Source: a virus
Lineage: Duplodnaviria; Heunggongvirae; Uroviricota; Caudoviricetes
Strand: one strand, 5' to 3'
Length of the DNA: 35,002 nucleotides
IMG/VR virus record: IMGVR_UViG_2534681936_000014
Location: 1-35,002 of that record
Part shown: positions 1 to 7,274 of the stretch, piece by piece
Position numbering within the stretch: the stretch's first letter is position 1
Layout of the letters: the number at the start of each line of letters is the position of its first letter
Notes under the pieces: model-generated
What the model was told of the DNA's origin: nothing
Seen by the model: the letters and a program-made list of their open reading frames with translations, nothing else
The model's database searches: none
Made by a program: the position numbers and the translations under genes

Positions 1-780
1 TTACTCTGCGTCTACCATGTCACATGCAAATTGAGTGTGTTTATATTCAGAATCAAATTTTGGTTCAATTACTTCAAGACGCATGTCACCTTTTTTGCTT
101 ACCCAGATGTTATAAGTGTTAACACGTCCAATAGTATCCTGTTTGGATTTACCTTCCATTGCGTTTGGATTCTCTTTAGATGGCTTGAGACTTGATTTAT
201 AAACATCATACTTGTCGGAATACACAAAAGATACCGGAACATCGTCTACCATTTTGATCTTAAGTTTACCGCCGTTATTATCAAAAGTTTTGTTTCCGTA
301 GAGTTTATCTTTTACAGCTTCTGTTTCCTCACCATCGATAACTTTCCATGTAAATTTTGTAGTACATGCGTAAATCGCGGTAACATTCAGTTTCTTTACT
401 TCTTCCTGTTTCGGTTGTTCTTCTTCAACCTTCGCAGAAGTCTCTGAATCGCTCTCTGACGCGGTTTCTTCTTTAGATAATACATTCATCAAGTTTTGGA
501 TTTGAGCGTTGTATACAGCCTCCAGTGGCTGAATCTGCCCGATATTGATCATTGTATCACGAACAGTTTTATTCCAGTTGCGTTGCTCTTGTTTCAGAGA
601 TGGATCAATCTTAACAGCTTTAACATATACTTCATGAAGTTTCGAATCCAGTGCGGAGATAGACTCGTTAGCACAAATAAACTTCTCTGATTTGGTAGTA
701 GCCTTAGTGCAATCAAAGGACGCAGCATCAGCACCGAAAGCAGTAGCAGAAAGCACGATAGCAGCGATAATGTTTTTCAT
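1..780 (-). CDS. Secreted/periplasmic protein, N-terminal domain resembling DUF1311 (LprI-like lysozyme-inhibitor fold)
   Basis: 259-aa ORF with ATG at 778-780 and AGAGG RBS; N-terminal signal peptide MKNIIAAIVLSATAFGADA; motif FDCTKA..E..IC...L..LD..L...Y...QR.W recalled as typical of DUF1311; C-terminal half unassigned. Confidence 0.55.
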   Translation of the reverse strand: MKNIIAAIVLSATAFGADAASFDCTKATTKSEKFICANESISALDSKLHEVYVKAVKIDPSLKQEQRNWNKTVRDTMINIGQIQPLEAVYNAQIQNLMNVLSKEETASESDSETSAKVEEEQPKQEEVKKLNVTAIYACTTKFTWKVIDGEETEAVKDKLYGNKTFDNNGGKLKIKMVDDVPVSFVYSDKYDVYKSSLKPSKENPNAMEGKSKQDTIGRVNTYNIWVSKKGDMRLEVIEPKFDSEYKHTQFACDMVDAE

Positions 781-1138
781 TTTATACCTCTTTTGGTATG
801 GACTGACTTTTAGATGCTTACTTTATTGATTTTTGATATTTTTTCAATTATTGGGATGAGATTTAGTAATTAAATTAAGAAATTAATGCTTGACAAATTA
901 AAAAGGTACTGTTCCACGGATGAAATAAAGGGAGTTTTCGGCACCCCGGTATTTGATGTGCGTGTGAGATTTTAAAACGTGATCACTTCACTCATGGCGC
1001 GGTCGCTACGCGACTATTAACCCACTTCCTAGCCCTTACCATTACTGGATCTTTCCCTTCGTTAGAATGCGATTTAGGCGCTTAGATTGTGCGTAAAACC
1101 AATAAATAAAATTACGCAAATTTAATGGAGGATAACCA

Positions 1139-1693
1139 ATGAAAGAAGAATTAACCCTTACAGAAATTTCCCGTTTATACGGCTATTCATTGAATGGTGG
1201 CGCTAAGCGATGGATAGAAAGGGGATTGCCATTTAACACCAATACCCGCCGCGTGCCAGCCAAAGAAGGAACAGAATGGGTCTTGAAAAATATTATCAAC
1301 CCGCTTAAACAAACTTCTATCAAAGAACAAATCGATGTAGAGAAATTACGCCGTGAACGTGCTTTAGCAGATGCAGCCGAACGAGAGAACCAGGAAGCGA
1401 TGAACCTCCTGATTCCGGTCGGTTATGTAGAACAGGAGCTAGCTGAATATTGTGGGAAGGTGAAGCAGACTATCTTGCAGATTTGTACGATCGATGCTTT
1501 AGAAATTCTCGAATCTGCTACCGATCAGAAAACATTGAAGAATAAGCTAAGGGAGATCATCGAGCGTCGTTTAAATGAAGTAGGGGACTTGTTCGAAAAT
1601 GCTGATTTGGGAGAAGACGAGGAAGAAGAATTACCATTAATGGATGAACCGGAACAAGAACCAGAAGAAGACGATGAATTTGATGTGTCTTAA
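1139..1693 (+). CDS. HTH DNA-binding protein with acidic C-terminal tail; Nu1-like, possible terminase small subunit or early regulator
   Basis: 184 aa; N-terminal winged-HTH-like segment LTLTEISRLYGYSLNGGAKRWIERGLPF followed by ERALADAAERENQE, similar in architecture to lambda Nu1; own terminator at 1741-1773; lies 6 kb from the large terminase gene. Confidence 0.45.
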   Translation: MKEELTLTEISRLYGYSLNGGAKRWIERGLPFNTNTRRVPAKEGTEWVLKNIINPLKQTSIKEQIDVEKLRRERALADAAERENQEAMNLLIPVGYVEQELAEYCGKVKQTILQICTIDALEILESATDQKTLKNKLREIIERRLNEVGDLFENADLGEDEEEELPLMDEPEQEPEEDDEFDVS

Positions 1694-1740
1694 AACGCGT
1701 TATAAATAAATGTATGAAAGATGTTGATGGTCAACGTCTA

Positions 1741-1773
1741 CGGGGGAGAACATCCCCCGCTAACCTTTTTCTT
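1741..1773 (+). terminator. Rho-independent terminator (hairpin CGGGGGA-GAACA-TCCCCCG then T-rich tract)
   Basis: 7-bp GC stem, 5-nt loop, followed by CTAACCTTTTTCTT; immediately downstream of the 1139-1693 CDS. Confidence 0.55.
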
Positions 1774-1789
1774 ATTTGAGGATTTACCT

Positions 1790-1891
1790 ATGGTTGAATT
1801 TTTGATTTATCTGGCTGTAGGATTAACTATCGTATATTCATTTGCTCACATTGGCATTTCTGCTGTGTGTAATGCTTTCAAGTATCATTAA
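1790..1891 (+). CDS. Small hydrophobic peptide (33 aa, single predicted TM helix)
   Basis: ATG at 1790 preceded by GAGGA RBS; translation MVEFLIYLAVGLTIVYSFAHIGISAVCNAFKYH; below ORF-track size cutoff. Confidence 0.35.
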   Translation: MVEFLIYLAVGLTIVYSFAHIGISAVCNAFKYH

Positions 1892-1944
1892 TTAAATCGA
1901 TGAATTGAACTATAGATGATGGTCGTTTTCAAAGAGGATTATCT

Positions 1945-2118
1945 ATGGATCTTTTTGTCTACTTTGCTACTCTGCTGTTTTTGACTATCGTCGCTGGCAT
2001 TAAATTGATTTTTATATCGCTGGTGGTGTTTTTCAAATTTCTAATCGGTACGCCTTACGGCTTGGTATGTTTAATCCTGTTTATTCTTTTTAGTTGCTGT
2101 AAATCAGACACTAAATAA
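1945..2118 (+). CDS. Small membrane protein (57 aa, two hydrophobic segments)
   Basis: ATG at 1945 with AAGAGGA RBS 6 nt upstream; translation MDLFVYFATLLFLTIVAGIKLIFISLVVFFKFLIGTPYGLVCLILFILFSCCKSDTK. Confidence 0.4.
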   Translation: MDLFVYFATLLFLTIVAGIKLIFISLVVFFKFLIGTPYGLVCLILFILFSCCKSDTK

Positions 2119-2265
2119 TATTGTAATCTGCCTTTTCTCCTTATGTGGTTTTAACAGGGAATTTTCGAAAGAGAGTTCCCGATTAAAAGCCATAAAAACA
2201 GTGTTTTCATAGTCAGTGATCCATACAACACAAAAACATAACAAGTATAGATTGAGTATTAATCC

Positions 2266-2294
2266 TCCCGCCCCTTCGGGGCGGTTATTTTTCT
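2266..2294 (+). terminator. Rho-independent terminator (CCGCCCC-TTCG-GGGCGG then TTATTTTTCT)
   Basis: GC-rich stem with TTCG tetraloop followed by T-run. Confidence 0.7.
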
Positions 2295-2369
2295 GGCTTT
2301 AAAGAATAATGTAGCATTATGTTCATTATAACCTCATCTTTGTTGTGCAAACCTAACCTAAACTTACTA

Positions 2370-2395
2370 GGGACTCTTCGGAGTCCCTTTTTTTT
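2370..2395 (+). terminator. Rho-independent terminator (GGGACTC-TTCG-GAGTCCC then T8)
   Basis: Perfect 7-bp stem, TTCG loop, eight consecutive T; second of two tandem terminators 80 bp apart. Confidence 0.75.
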
Positions 2396-2636
2396 ATGCA
2401 ACAATTCGAAGTGTAAGTTTCTTATGTTGTGTAGGTTTAGTTTCATTTCGCCACTCAGGGAATACATGACCCATCATAACCGCATTAGTCTCATCAATCA
2501 GCTTTAAGGACTTTCTCAACGCCTTATTATCAGCTTTAAGAGTTTTAATCTCTGATTCCATCGCTACCATTCTTTCTTTCATTTTGGTAATTTCTAACAT
2601 CAGATTACCCAGAAATTCTTTGTTTTGATTCATCAT
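2394..2636 (-). CDS. Small coiled-coil protein (80 aa), unknown function
   Basis: ATG ATG start at 2636-2631 with GAGGGGTGA RBS; heptad-like sequence LEITKMKERMVAMESEIKTLKADNKALRKSLKL. Confidence 0.45.
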   Translation of the reverse strand: MMNQNKEFLGNLMLEITKMKERMVAMESEIKTLKADNKALRKSLKLIDETNAVMMGHVFPEWRNETKPTQHKKLTLRIVA

Positions 2637-2651
2637 AGATTCACCCCTCTA

Positions 2652-3653
2652 TTAAGCTGCGTATGCGTAGGCGCTGTAGTTGGTGTCGTAGATAGCGTCA
2701 TGCAGTGCCATCTGTGCTTCGCGGATCTCGTCTTCGTTTACTTCAATCTCTTCTTGTTCTTCTTCGGTATCTTCCCAAGTGGTTTTGAATTTAGCCATAA
2801 AGTTATTGCGCAGGGATTCAAAGTTAGTAACAGGTGCGGATTTTTCTTCAACCGGAACTACTACCGGATCAGCTTCTTTCTGTTCTTCCTGTTCTACTTT
2901 TTCACCGTTACCCCAGCGATAGTTAAGGAGTTCTTCCAGTTCTTCATCAATGGATTTTTCTTCAACTGCTTCAACTTCAACCGCTGCTACTTCGAAAGTG
3001 GTTTCCTGCGCTGCCAGTTCAGCTTTCAGAGATGCGTTTTCAGCTTCCAGTTCAGCAATGCGTGCTTTCAGTGCTTCAACTTCGGAAGATTCAACCACTG
3101 CAACTTCTTCTTTAACTTCTTCAACTACTACCGGAGCAACTTCTTTCTGTGCTTCTTTTTTGCAGAAGAAGGAGGAAGTAACCTGTAATGCGTGGTTGTA
3201 GAAGGAACCGCCTTTAGCGGTGTTAACAGTACCAGAAACATCCTTTACAGTGGATTCAGTAGCAACAGTACGGAAGCGTTTTGCGACTTCCTGGGTCTCT
3301 ACGCCGTATTCGTTACGCTTGCTCTTGTGATGCATTACAGCACGGAAGCCGGAAGCAGTTTTAACAACAGCGAGATAGTAAGTTTCATCGGCTTTAACAG
3401 CACGAGCGAAGCAATAAACGGATTCACCTTCTACCAGTGTAGGTTTAACGTGACGTTTGTCGAAACGGTTAGTGATCTGCCATTCAGCACCGTCTTTGAT
3501 GCCAGCATTCTGACGCATTTCGGTCAGAGTCTTACCGGATACTACTTCAAAGGATTTGTCTTGTTTGCTTGCTTTACCTTCCATGACGGTAATGTTCAGT
3601 TTGCCGTTGGATTTAATAAACAGGTTGAAGGTGATGCGCTTAGAATTTTTCAT
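2652..3653 (-). CDS. Hypothetical early protein, 333 aa, globular N-terminal domain plus strongly acidic coiled-coil C-terminal half
   Basis: ATG at 3653-3651 with AGGAG RBS; codon usage typical of highly expressed genes (CGT, CTG, GGT); C-terminal half rich in E/V/A with coiled-coil segment ALKARIAELEAENASLKAEL; no family recognised. Confidence 0.65.
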   Translation of the reverse strand: MKNSKRITFNLFIKSNGKLNITVMEGKASKQDKSFEVVSGKTLTEMRQNAGIKDGAEWQITNRFDKRHVKPTLVEGESVYCFARAVKADETYYLAVVKTASGFRAVMHHKSKRNEYGVETQEVAKRFRTVATESTVKDVSGTVNTAKGGSFYNHALQVTSSFFCKKEAQKEVAPVVVEEVKEEVAVVESSEVEALKARIAELEAENASLKAELAAQETTFEVAAVEVEAVEEKSIDEELEELLNYRWGNGEKVEQEEQKEADPVVVPVEEKSAPVTNFESLRNNFMAKFKTTWEDTEEEQEEIEVNEDEIREAQMALHDAIYDTNYSAYAYAA

Positions 3654-3769
3654 TTATAAATACTCCTGAATGCTGTGTTAGTTTTAATTGTTCATTTCAA
3701 GCCTCCTTTGCTGCAACAAGGGAGGCTTTTTATTTTTAAAGCCATCATATAATTCTCAGTGAAAGTGGA

Positions 3770-3949
3770 TTAACAAACTTGAACGTTAATCTTTATCTGA
3801 ATTTCGTATTTCTTCATTAGCTTATAGAATCCGCTTCTATCAATTCCTTCCTTCTTAAAGAAATTCTCGCCGCCTCGTTCAGTATCGCCATAAAAGCGTT
3901 TAGCAATATCAACAATCATTTCACGAGTAAACTTAACAGGTCTAGCCAT
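3770..3949 (-). CDS. Small HTH DNA-binding protein (Hin/resolvase-type HTH fold), member of a three-gene paralog family
   Basis: ATG at 3949-3947 with GAGGAA RBS (the ORF-track start at 3964 is a TTG); motif RPVKFTREMIVDIAKRFY...GIDRSGFYKLMKKY aligns with the 7015-7245 and 7275-7877 products. Confidence 0.5.
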   Translation of the reverse strand: MARPVKFTREMIVDIAKRFYGDTERGGENFFKKEGIDRSGFYKLMKKYEIQIKINVQVC

Positions 3950-4138
3950 AAGTAGATTCCTCAAATGTGGATTAATAAGGACAATAAAAAGAGCTTTTCG
4001 CCCTCGATACTTCTATTTATAAAAGTCATTTCAGAAAACCCTGTAAAACCACTGTATATCTGATCAGTGGGAGCACGAATTGCTAAAGAGAAGATTAATA
4101 ATTAATCAATTCGTACATTATTCAATCGAAAAGGCACT

Positions 4139-4172
4139 GTATGTTTAACCAGTGCCGTATGTGTTAACAGTG
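4139..4172. repeat. Imperfect tandem direct repeat, 2 x 16 bp (GTATGTTTAACCAGTG / GTATGTGTTAACAGTG), each containing a GTTAAC-like palindrome
   Basis: Read directly at 4139-4154 and 4157-4172 in the ORF-free region. Confidence 0.6.
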
Positions 4173-4306
4173 AATCAGGGGATTTTCAGAAGTGAACAAT
4201 CATTTCATGCATGTATTTATACACGAAAAAATCTTGCTTATCATCAATATGGGGATTGTTTCGAAAATTTCAACCCCTACCAACGAGAAAAAGTATAAAA
4301 TAATCC

Positions 4307-4320
4307 TTGACAGTTGTCAA
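4307..4320. promoter_or_regulatory. Perfect 14-bp palindrome TTGACAGTTGTCAA (operator-like; contains a TTGACA -35-like hexamer on both strands)
   Basis: Read directly; a related inverted repeat TTGTCAA-N6-TTGACAA occurs at 5702-5721. Confidence 0.45.
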
Positions 4321-4345
4321 TACACTTGACCTAAGCGAGAAATGA

Positions 4346-4517
4346 CTATCAAAATTTTTGTGTGAAAATGGCGGATAACGATTATCAACCTTTATAACCT
4401 ATTATAGCACGGCGACCTTTTGATAATTCTTTTTAAATCATGCATTTACAGCGATTTTTGGTGATTTTCCGGTTAAATAATATACAAGAATTTTCTATCA
4501 AAATTTTTGATGAAAAA
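4346..4517. repeat. Pair of 23-bp direct repeats (CTATCAAAATTTTTG[T/A]TGAAAA) 149 bp apart flanking an AT-rich segment with TTATCAA DnaA-box-like motifs
   Basis: Copies at 4346-4368 and 4495-4517 differ at 1-2 positions; GATTATCAAC (4380-4389) and TTGATAATTC (4421-4430) in inverted orientation between them. Confidence 0.55.
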
Positions 4518-4638
4518 CCTACACTACAAACCTACGCTTTAAAGGGATTGGCCTACACTACACTAGCCAGTAAACCTACACTATAACACCCTCAAACCTA
4601 CACTATGAAACCTACACACCTACACTAACCCTACACTT
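4518..4638 (+). repeat. Iteron-like array: 7 or more copies of CCTACACTA (variants CCTACGC, CCTACACACC, CCTACACTT) with irregular 10-30 bp spacing
   Basis: Copies read at 4518, 4531, 4552, 4575, 4597, 4611/4618 and 4629; all in one orientation; no ORF. Confidence 0.7.
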
Positions 4639-5211
4639 CAATCTCATAATTGTATGATCTTGAAAGACATTTCACCCCACAGACCATAGAATATAAAATT
4701 CGAACTAACGTTCTCCTTTTTGCTCGTTTTCTCTCACTACGTTCAAGAAAGATCTCGCAAAAAGAATACGGCGTAGCCGTGCGCGAAGCGCCCATCAACA
4801 CCTTCTAAGACCTGCAAGCAGGATTCGAAAGGGATTGGATAGTTCGCTTCGCTCACGTTCACGCCTACGGCGTTCACTCGCTTTTGAAAGGATTTTCTTA
4901 GAAAGGGATTTAATACTAGTTACTAACTGATTCTAGTAAACGAACGAAGTGAGTAACAATCACTTTCTAGAAAGGTATTGGTATCCCTTCGGGATTGCAA
5001 CCTTCGGTTGCTAAATTGCTTCCTGATTATTATTTCTCCAAAAGAAAGATTCTTATATTCTAAAGATACTTCTTCGTTTTGATGATGATTTAATCAAATC
5101 ATGAAGGAGGGCTTTGCCCGACTGAATACAATCACTCTTTTCATAATAACAAGAATTTTCTCTTTATAAATAATATTAGATTGATTCACTTTCTTTTAGA
5201 GGATTTCCACT

Positions 5212-5559
5212 ATGAACCATAAAATGACTACCACTACTCCTTTCATCCTGTTAGGTTTTGATGCTGATAGCTTCCACAATGACAAGTTAATGAAGATGTT
5301 CCGTGAACGTGGTTACAACATTCTTTTCAACTCTGATGAATCTCATTTCTCTAGTGCATGGTATGCGTTTTGCCGTAATAAGAAGCCGACCATTGTTGTT
5401 AACGTCTTCACCGATGAAGAACGCTTAAAGTACCAGAATCTACCAGCAATTATTGTTCGTGATGATCTGCCGTTTCAAGTCCGTTCCGGTGACATTGATC
5501 TGGGTAGCTTCGTTACTGTCTATGAACTGGATGAAGCAATGTTTAACTACGGCAAATAA
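5212..5559 (+). CDS. Hypothetical protein (115 aa)
   Basis: ATG at 5212 with AGAGGA RBS; the TAA stop is followed in frame by a 39-codon acidic extension (see findings). Confidence 0.5.
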   Translation: MNHKMTTTTPFILLGFDADSFHNDKLMKMFRERGYNILFNSDESHFSSAWYAFCRNKKPTIVVNVFTDEERLKYQNLPAIIVRDDLPFQVRSGDIDLGSFVTVYELDEAMFNYGK

Positions 5560-5701
5560 CCCGCTCAGGAAGCCCCAGAACAAGATGAACAAGACGAAGA
5601 TGACGACGACTACGCACCAATCTGTTTCTCTTCTCAGAATGGCTTCTACGGTTACGATGAAGGCTTAGATATGCTGTAAGTTAGGTCAACCCTTTGGCGT
5701 C

Positions 5702-5743
5702 TTGTCAAGGGGTATTGACAAAATTTTATGACTTTTTATGATT
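5702..5743 (+). promoter_or_regulatory. Candidate sigma70-type promoter (TTGACA-16bp-TATGAT) overlapped by inverted repeat TTGTCAA-N6-TTGACAA
   Basis: -35 TTGACA at 5715-5720, -10 TATGAT at 5737-5742; inverted repeat 5702-5721; about 60 bp upstream of the 5801 ORF. Confidence 0.45.
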
Positions 5744-5800
5744 GTTGCACTTGACAACTTTGAACCTATTTGACCTAGATTTGTAAAAAGGATGTTAATT

Positions 5801-5947
5801 ATGAACACTACTAAGAAAATTGATGGACGTAAAAACCCGAACCGCAAACCGTGGACCCCAAACCTGAATTTCTCAATGGTTGACTTCCATGAACGCCAGC
5901 GTCGCATTCAAGAAGAAATTGATCGCGCGATTGCTGAATCTAAATGA
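5801..5947 (+). CDS. Small basic protein (48 aa), unknown function
   Basis: ATG at 5801 with AAAAAGGA RBS 7 nt upstream; translation MNTTKKIDGRKNPNRKPWTPNLNFSMVDFHERQRRIQEEIDRAIAESK; below ORF-track cutoff. Confidence 0.4.
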   Translation: MNTTKKIDGRKNPNRKPWTPNLNFSMVDFHERQRRIQEEIDRAIAESK

Positions 5948-6045
5948 GATAAAAACTTCTTATAAATAAAATTGTTCCGGTGATGCTGCCGGAACTAGGA
6001 GGATCAATATCATTATCGCAAAACCGTTTAAGGGGAATTACTACT

Positions 6046-6879
6046 ATGAATACTGTTACTACTATGAATACTGCTGTTAAAACTGCTTCCGTGTCTCTGG
6101 TTGTTGATAACGAAGTTGCAAAAATGACTCTTCGTGAAATTGCCGACCTTATTGGAGTTCGTTTTTCAAACCTTGAAACTTCTATGAACCGACTGGTTGA
6201 ACGCCAAGTTATCCGAAAACCTGCAACGCAGAATTTCGAGAAAATCAATAACTTAGGGTTTGCTGTTACTGTTAAAGATTATGTGTTTGAGGGTGAGCAA
6301 GGTCGCTTAGATTCGATTGTCTTGATTGCTCAAAACGTACCGGAATTTACTCGCCAACTGGTTGACCGTTGGAATTATCTGGAAGAGAAACTGAAAACCG
6401 CCAATAATACTCCTGTTAACCCGTATGCAGACTTTGAAGAAACCGATTGGATCGAACTGGCATTAGATGAAAAACGCAAAAATAAAAAACTGATTGAGCT
6501 ACACATTCGCAAATCCGTAGATAGCCATTCTATGACACGTCTGTTAGGCGCTAAAAAGGGCGCTACGAAGGTTAAAGAAGCACTGACGGCCTTACGTACT
6601 GCTGGATACATTGAGCGCGTCTATGATGAAAATAACAAGCCGTGTGGGTATGTTGCTAATGACTCTTCTCTGTCTTTCTGCCGCATGAATGCTCACTACC
6701 AACTTGAGTTTACTGTTGATGTTCTTCCGGTGCTGGTTGAATTGGGCGTTTTGGAAGAAGAACAGAAAGCAACTCTTAAACTACCGCAGCCAAATAACAC
6801 TATTCTGATTCAAAACAAAGCTGCTAAACAGATTCGTGAATCAGGTAACGTAATTTCCCTTGTTGATTTTGGGATCTGA
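6046..6879 (+). CDS. Putative phage regulatory protein (Rha/antirepressor-like N-terminal HTH segment); function uncertain
   Basis: Internal ATG at 6046 with AAGGGGA RBS (ORF-track start 5980 is a GTG); segment MTLREIADLIGVRFSNLETSMNRLVERQ resembles Rha-type DNA-binding domains from memory. Confidence 0.45.
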   Translation: MNTVTTMNTAVKTASVSLVVDNEVAKMTLREIADLIGVRFSNLETSMNRLVERQVIRKPATQNFEKINNLGFAVTVKDYVFEGEQGRLDSIVLIAQNVPEFTRQLVDRWNYLEEKLKTANNTPVNPYADFEETDWIELALDEKRKNKKLIELHIRKSVDSHSMTRLLGAKKGATKVKEALTALRTAGYIERVYDENNKPCGYVANDSSLSFCRMNAHYQLEFTVDVLPVLVELGVLEEEQKATLKLPQPNNTILIQNKAAKQIRESGNVISLVDFGI

Positions 6880-6885
6880 TTAATC

Positions 6886-6917
6886 GCCCGGCGCATAATT
6901 GCGCTGGGCTTTTTGTA
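6886..6917 (+). terminator. Rho-independent terminator (GCCCGGCGC-ATAATT-GCGCTGGGC then TTTTTGTATTT)
   Basis: 9-bp stem with one mismatch followed by T-run, directly after the 6046-6879 CDS. Confidence 0.7.
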
Positions 6918-6978
6918 TTTGGTGCATCCAGATTTGTCGGAAGAATATAGATGCGCTGAACTTTAAGCGCATGTGCAT

Positions 6979-7008
6979 AAAAAAAGGCCAACCCCGAAGG
7001 ATTGGCCT
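6979..7008 (-). terminator. Rho-independent terminator for the minus-strand gene ending at 7015
   Basis: Hairpin GGCCAACC/GGATTGGCC preceded on the plus strand by A7, which is a T7 run after the stem on the minus strand. Confidence 0.65.
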
Positions 7009-7014
7009 AGAGAA

Positions 7015-7245
7015 TCAAATTCCTGTTGCTTCTACCATTTCACCGTCAACCTGAACAAAGAATTTCAAATCAACTTTATGGAGTGATTTGTAGAATTGAG
7101 CGATTGAAATACCGTGTTCACTCAATACTTGTTCTTTTTCGGCTTTACCTTTCGGCGCTTGATAGTACGCTTTTACAATCGCTGCCAGTTGTTCACGATT
7201 AAAACGGGCAGGGCGACCGCGAGTAGCTTTAGTAGTCATAGTCAT
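7015..7245 (-). CDS. Small DNA-binding protein: AT-hook-like RGRPAR arm plus Hin/resolvase-type HTH
   Basis: Likely ATG at 7245 or 7239 (ORF-track start at 7272 is a GTG); TRGRPARFNREQLAAIVKAYY...GISIAQFYKSLHK matches the pattern of the Hin DNA-binding domain (GRPRAI...GVSTLYRY) from memory. Confidence 0.55.
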   Translation of the reverse strand: MTMTTKATRGRPARFNREQLAAIVKAYYQAPKGKAEKEQVLSEHGISIAQFYKSLHKVDLKFFVQVDGEMVEATGI

Positions 7246-7274
7246 TTTCTCCAAATTAAAGTGAATGTTCACCT

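Noticed and set aside
890-918. TTGACA hexamer upstream of the 1139 gene as a sigma70 promoter
   Set aside because: No acceptable -10 element at 16-18 bp spacing (TACTGT lies at 11 bp); cannot support a promoter call.
2625-3188. 187-aa plus-strand ORF, Phe-rich and low complexity
   Set aside because: Lies antisense to the well-supported minus-strand gene 2652-3653; composition is a mirror artefact of that gene's codon usage; no RBS.
3699-3740. Hairpin (GCCTCC...GGAGGC) followed by CTTTTTATTTTT, considered as a terminator
   Set aside because: Lies between two co-oriented minus-strand genes, and the T-run is on the plus strand where no upstream plus-strand gene exists; orientation and function ambiguous, so not listed as a feature.
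4518-4638. Possible CRISPR array
   Set aside because: Repeat unit is only 9-10 bp with irregular spacing and no spacer-repeat periodicity; iteron-like, not CRISPR.
4770-5010. Possible tRNA gene(s) in the non-coding region
   Set aside because: GATTCGAAAGG resembles a T-loop, but no 7-bp acceptor stem, D-arm and anticodon arm could be assembled into a cloverleaf by eye; left as a candidate structured RNA.
5453-5668. 71-aa plus-strand ORF in the +2 frame overlapping the end of the 5212 gene
   Set aside because: Overlaps the supported 5212-5559 CDS with no RBS, and the composition of the in-frame acidic extension in frame +1 looks more coding-like than this frame.
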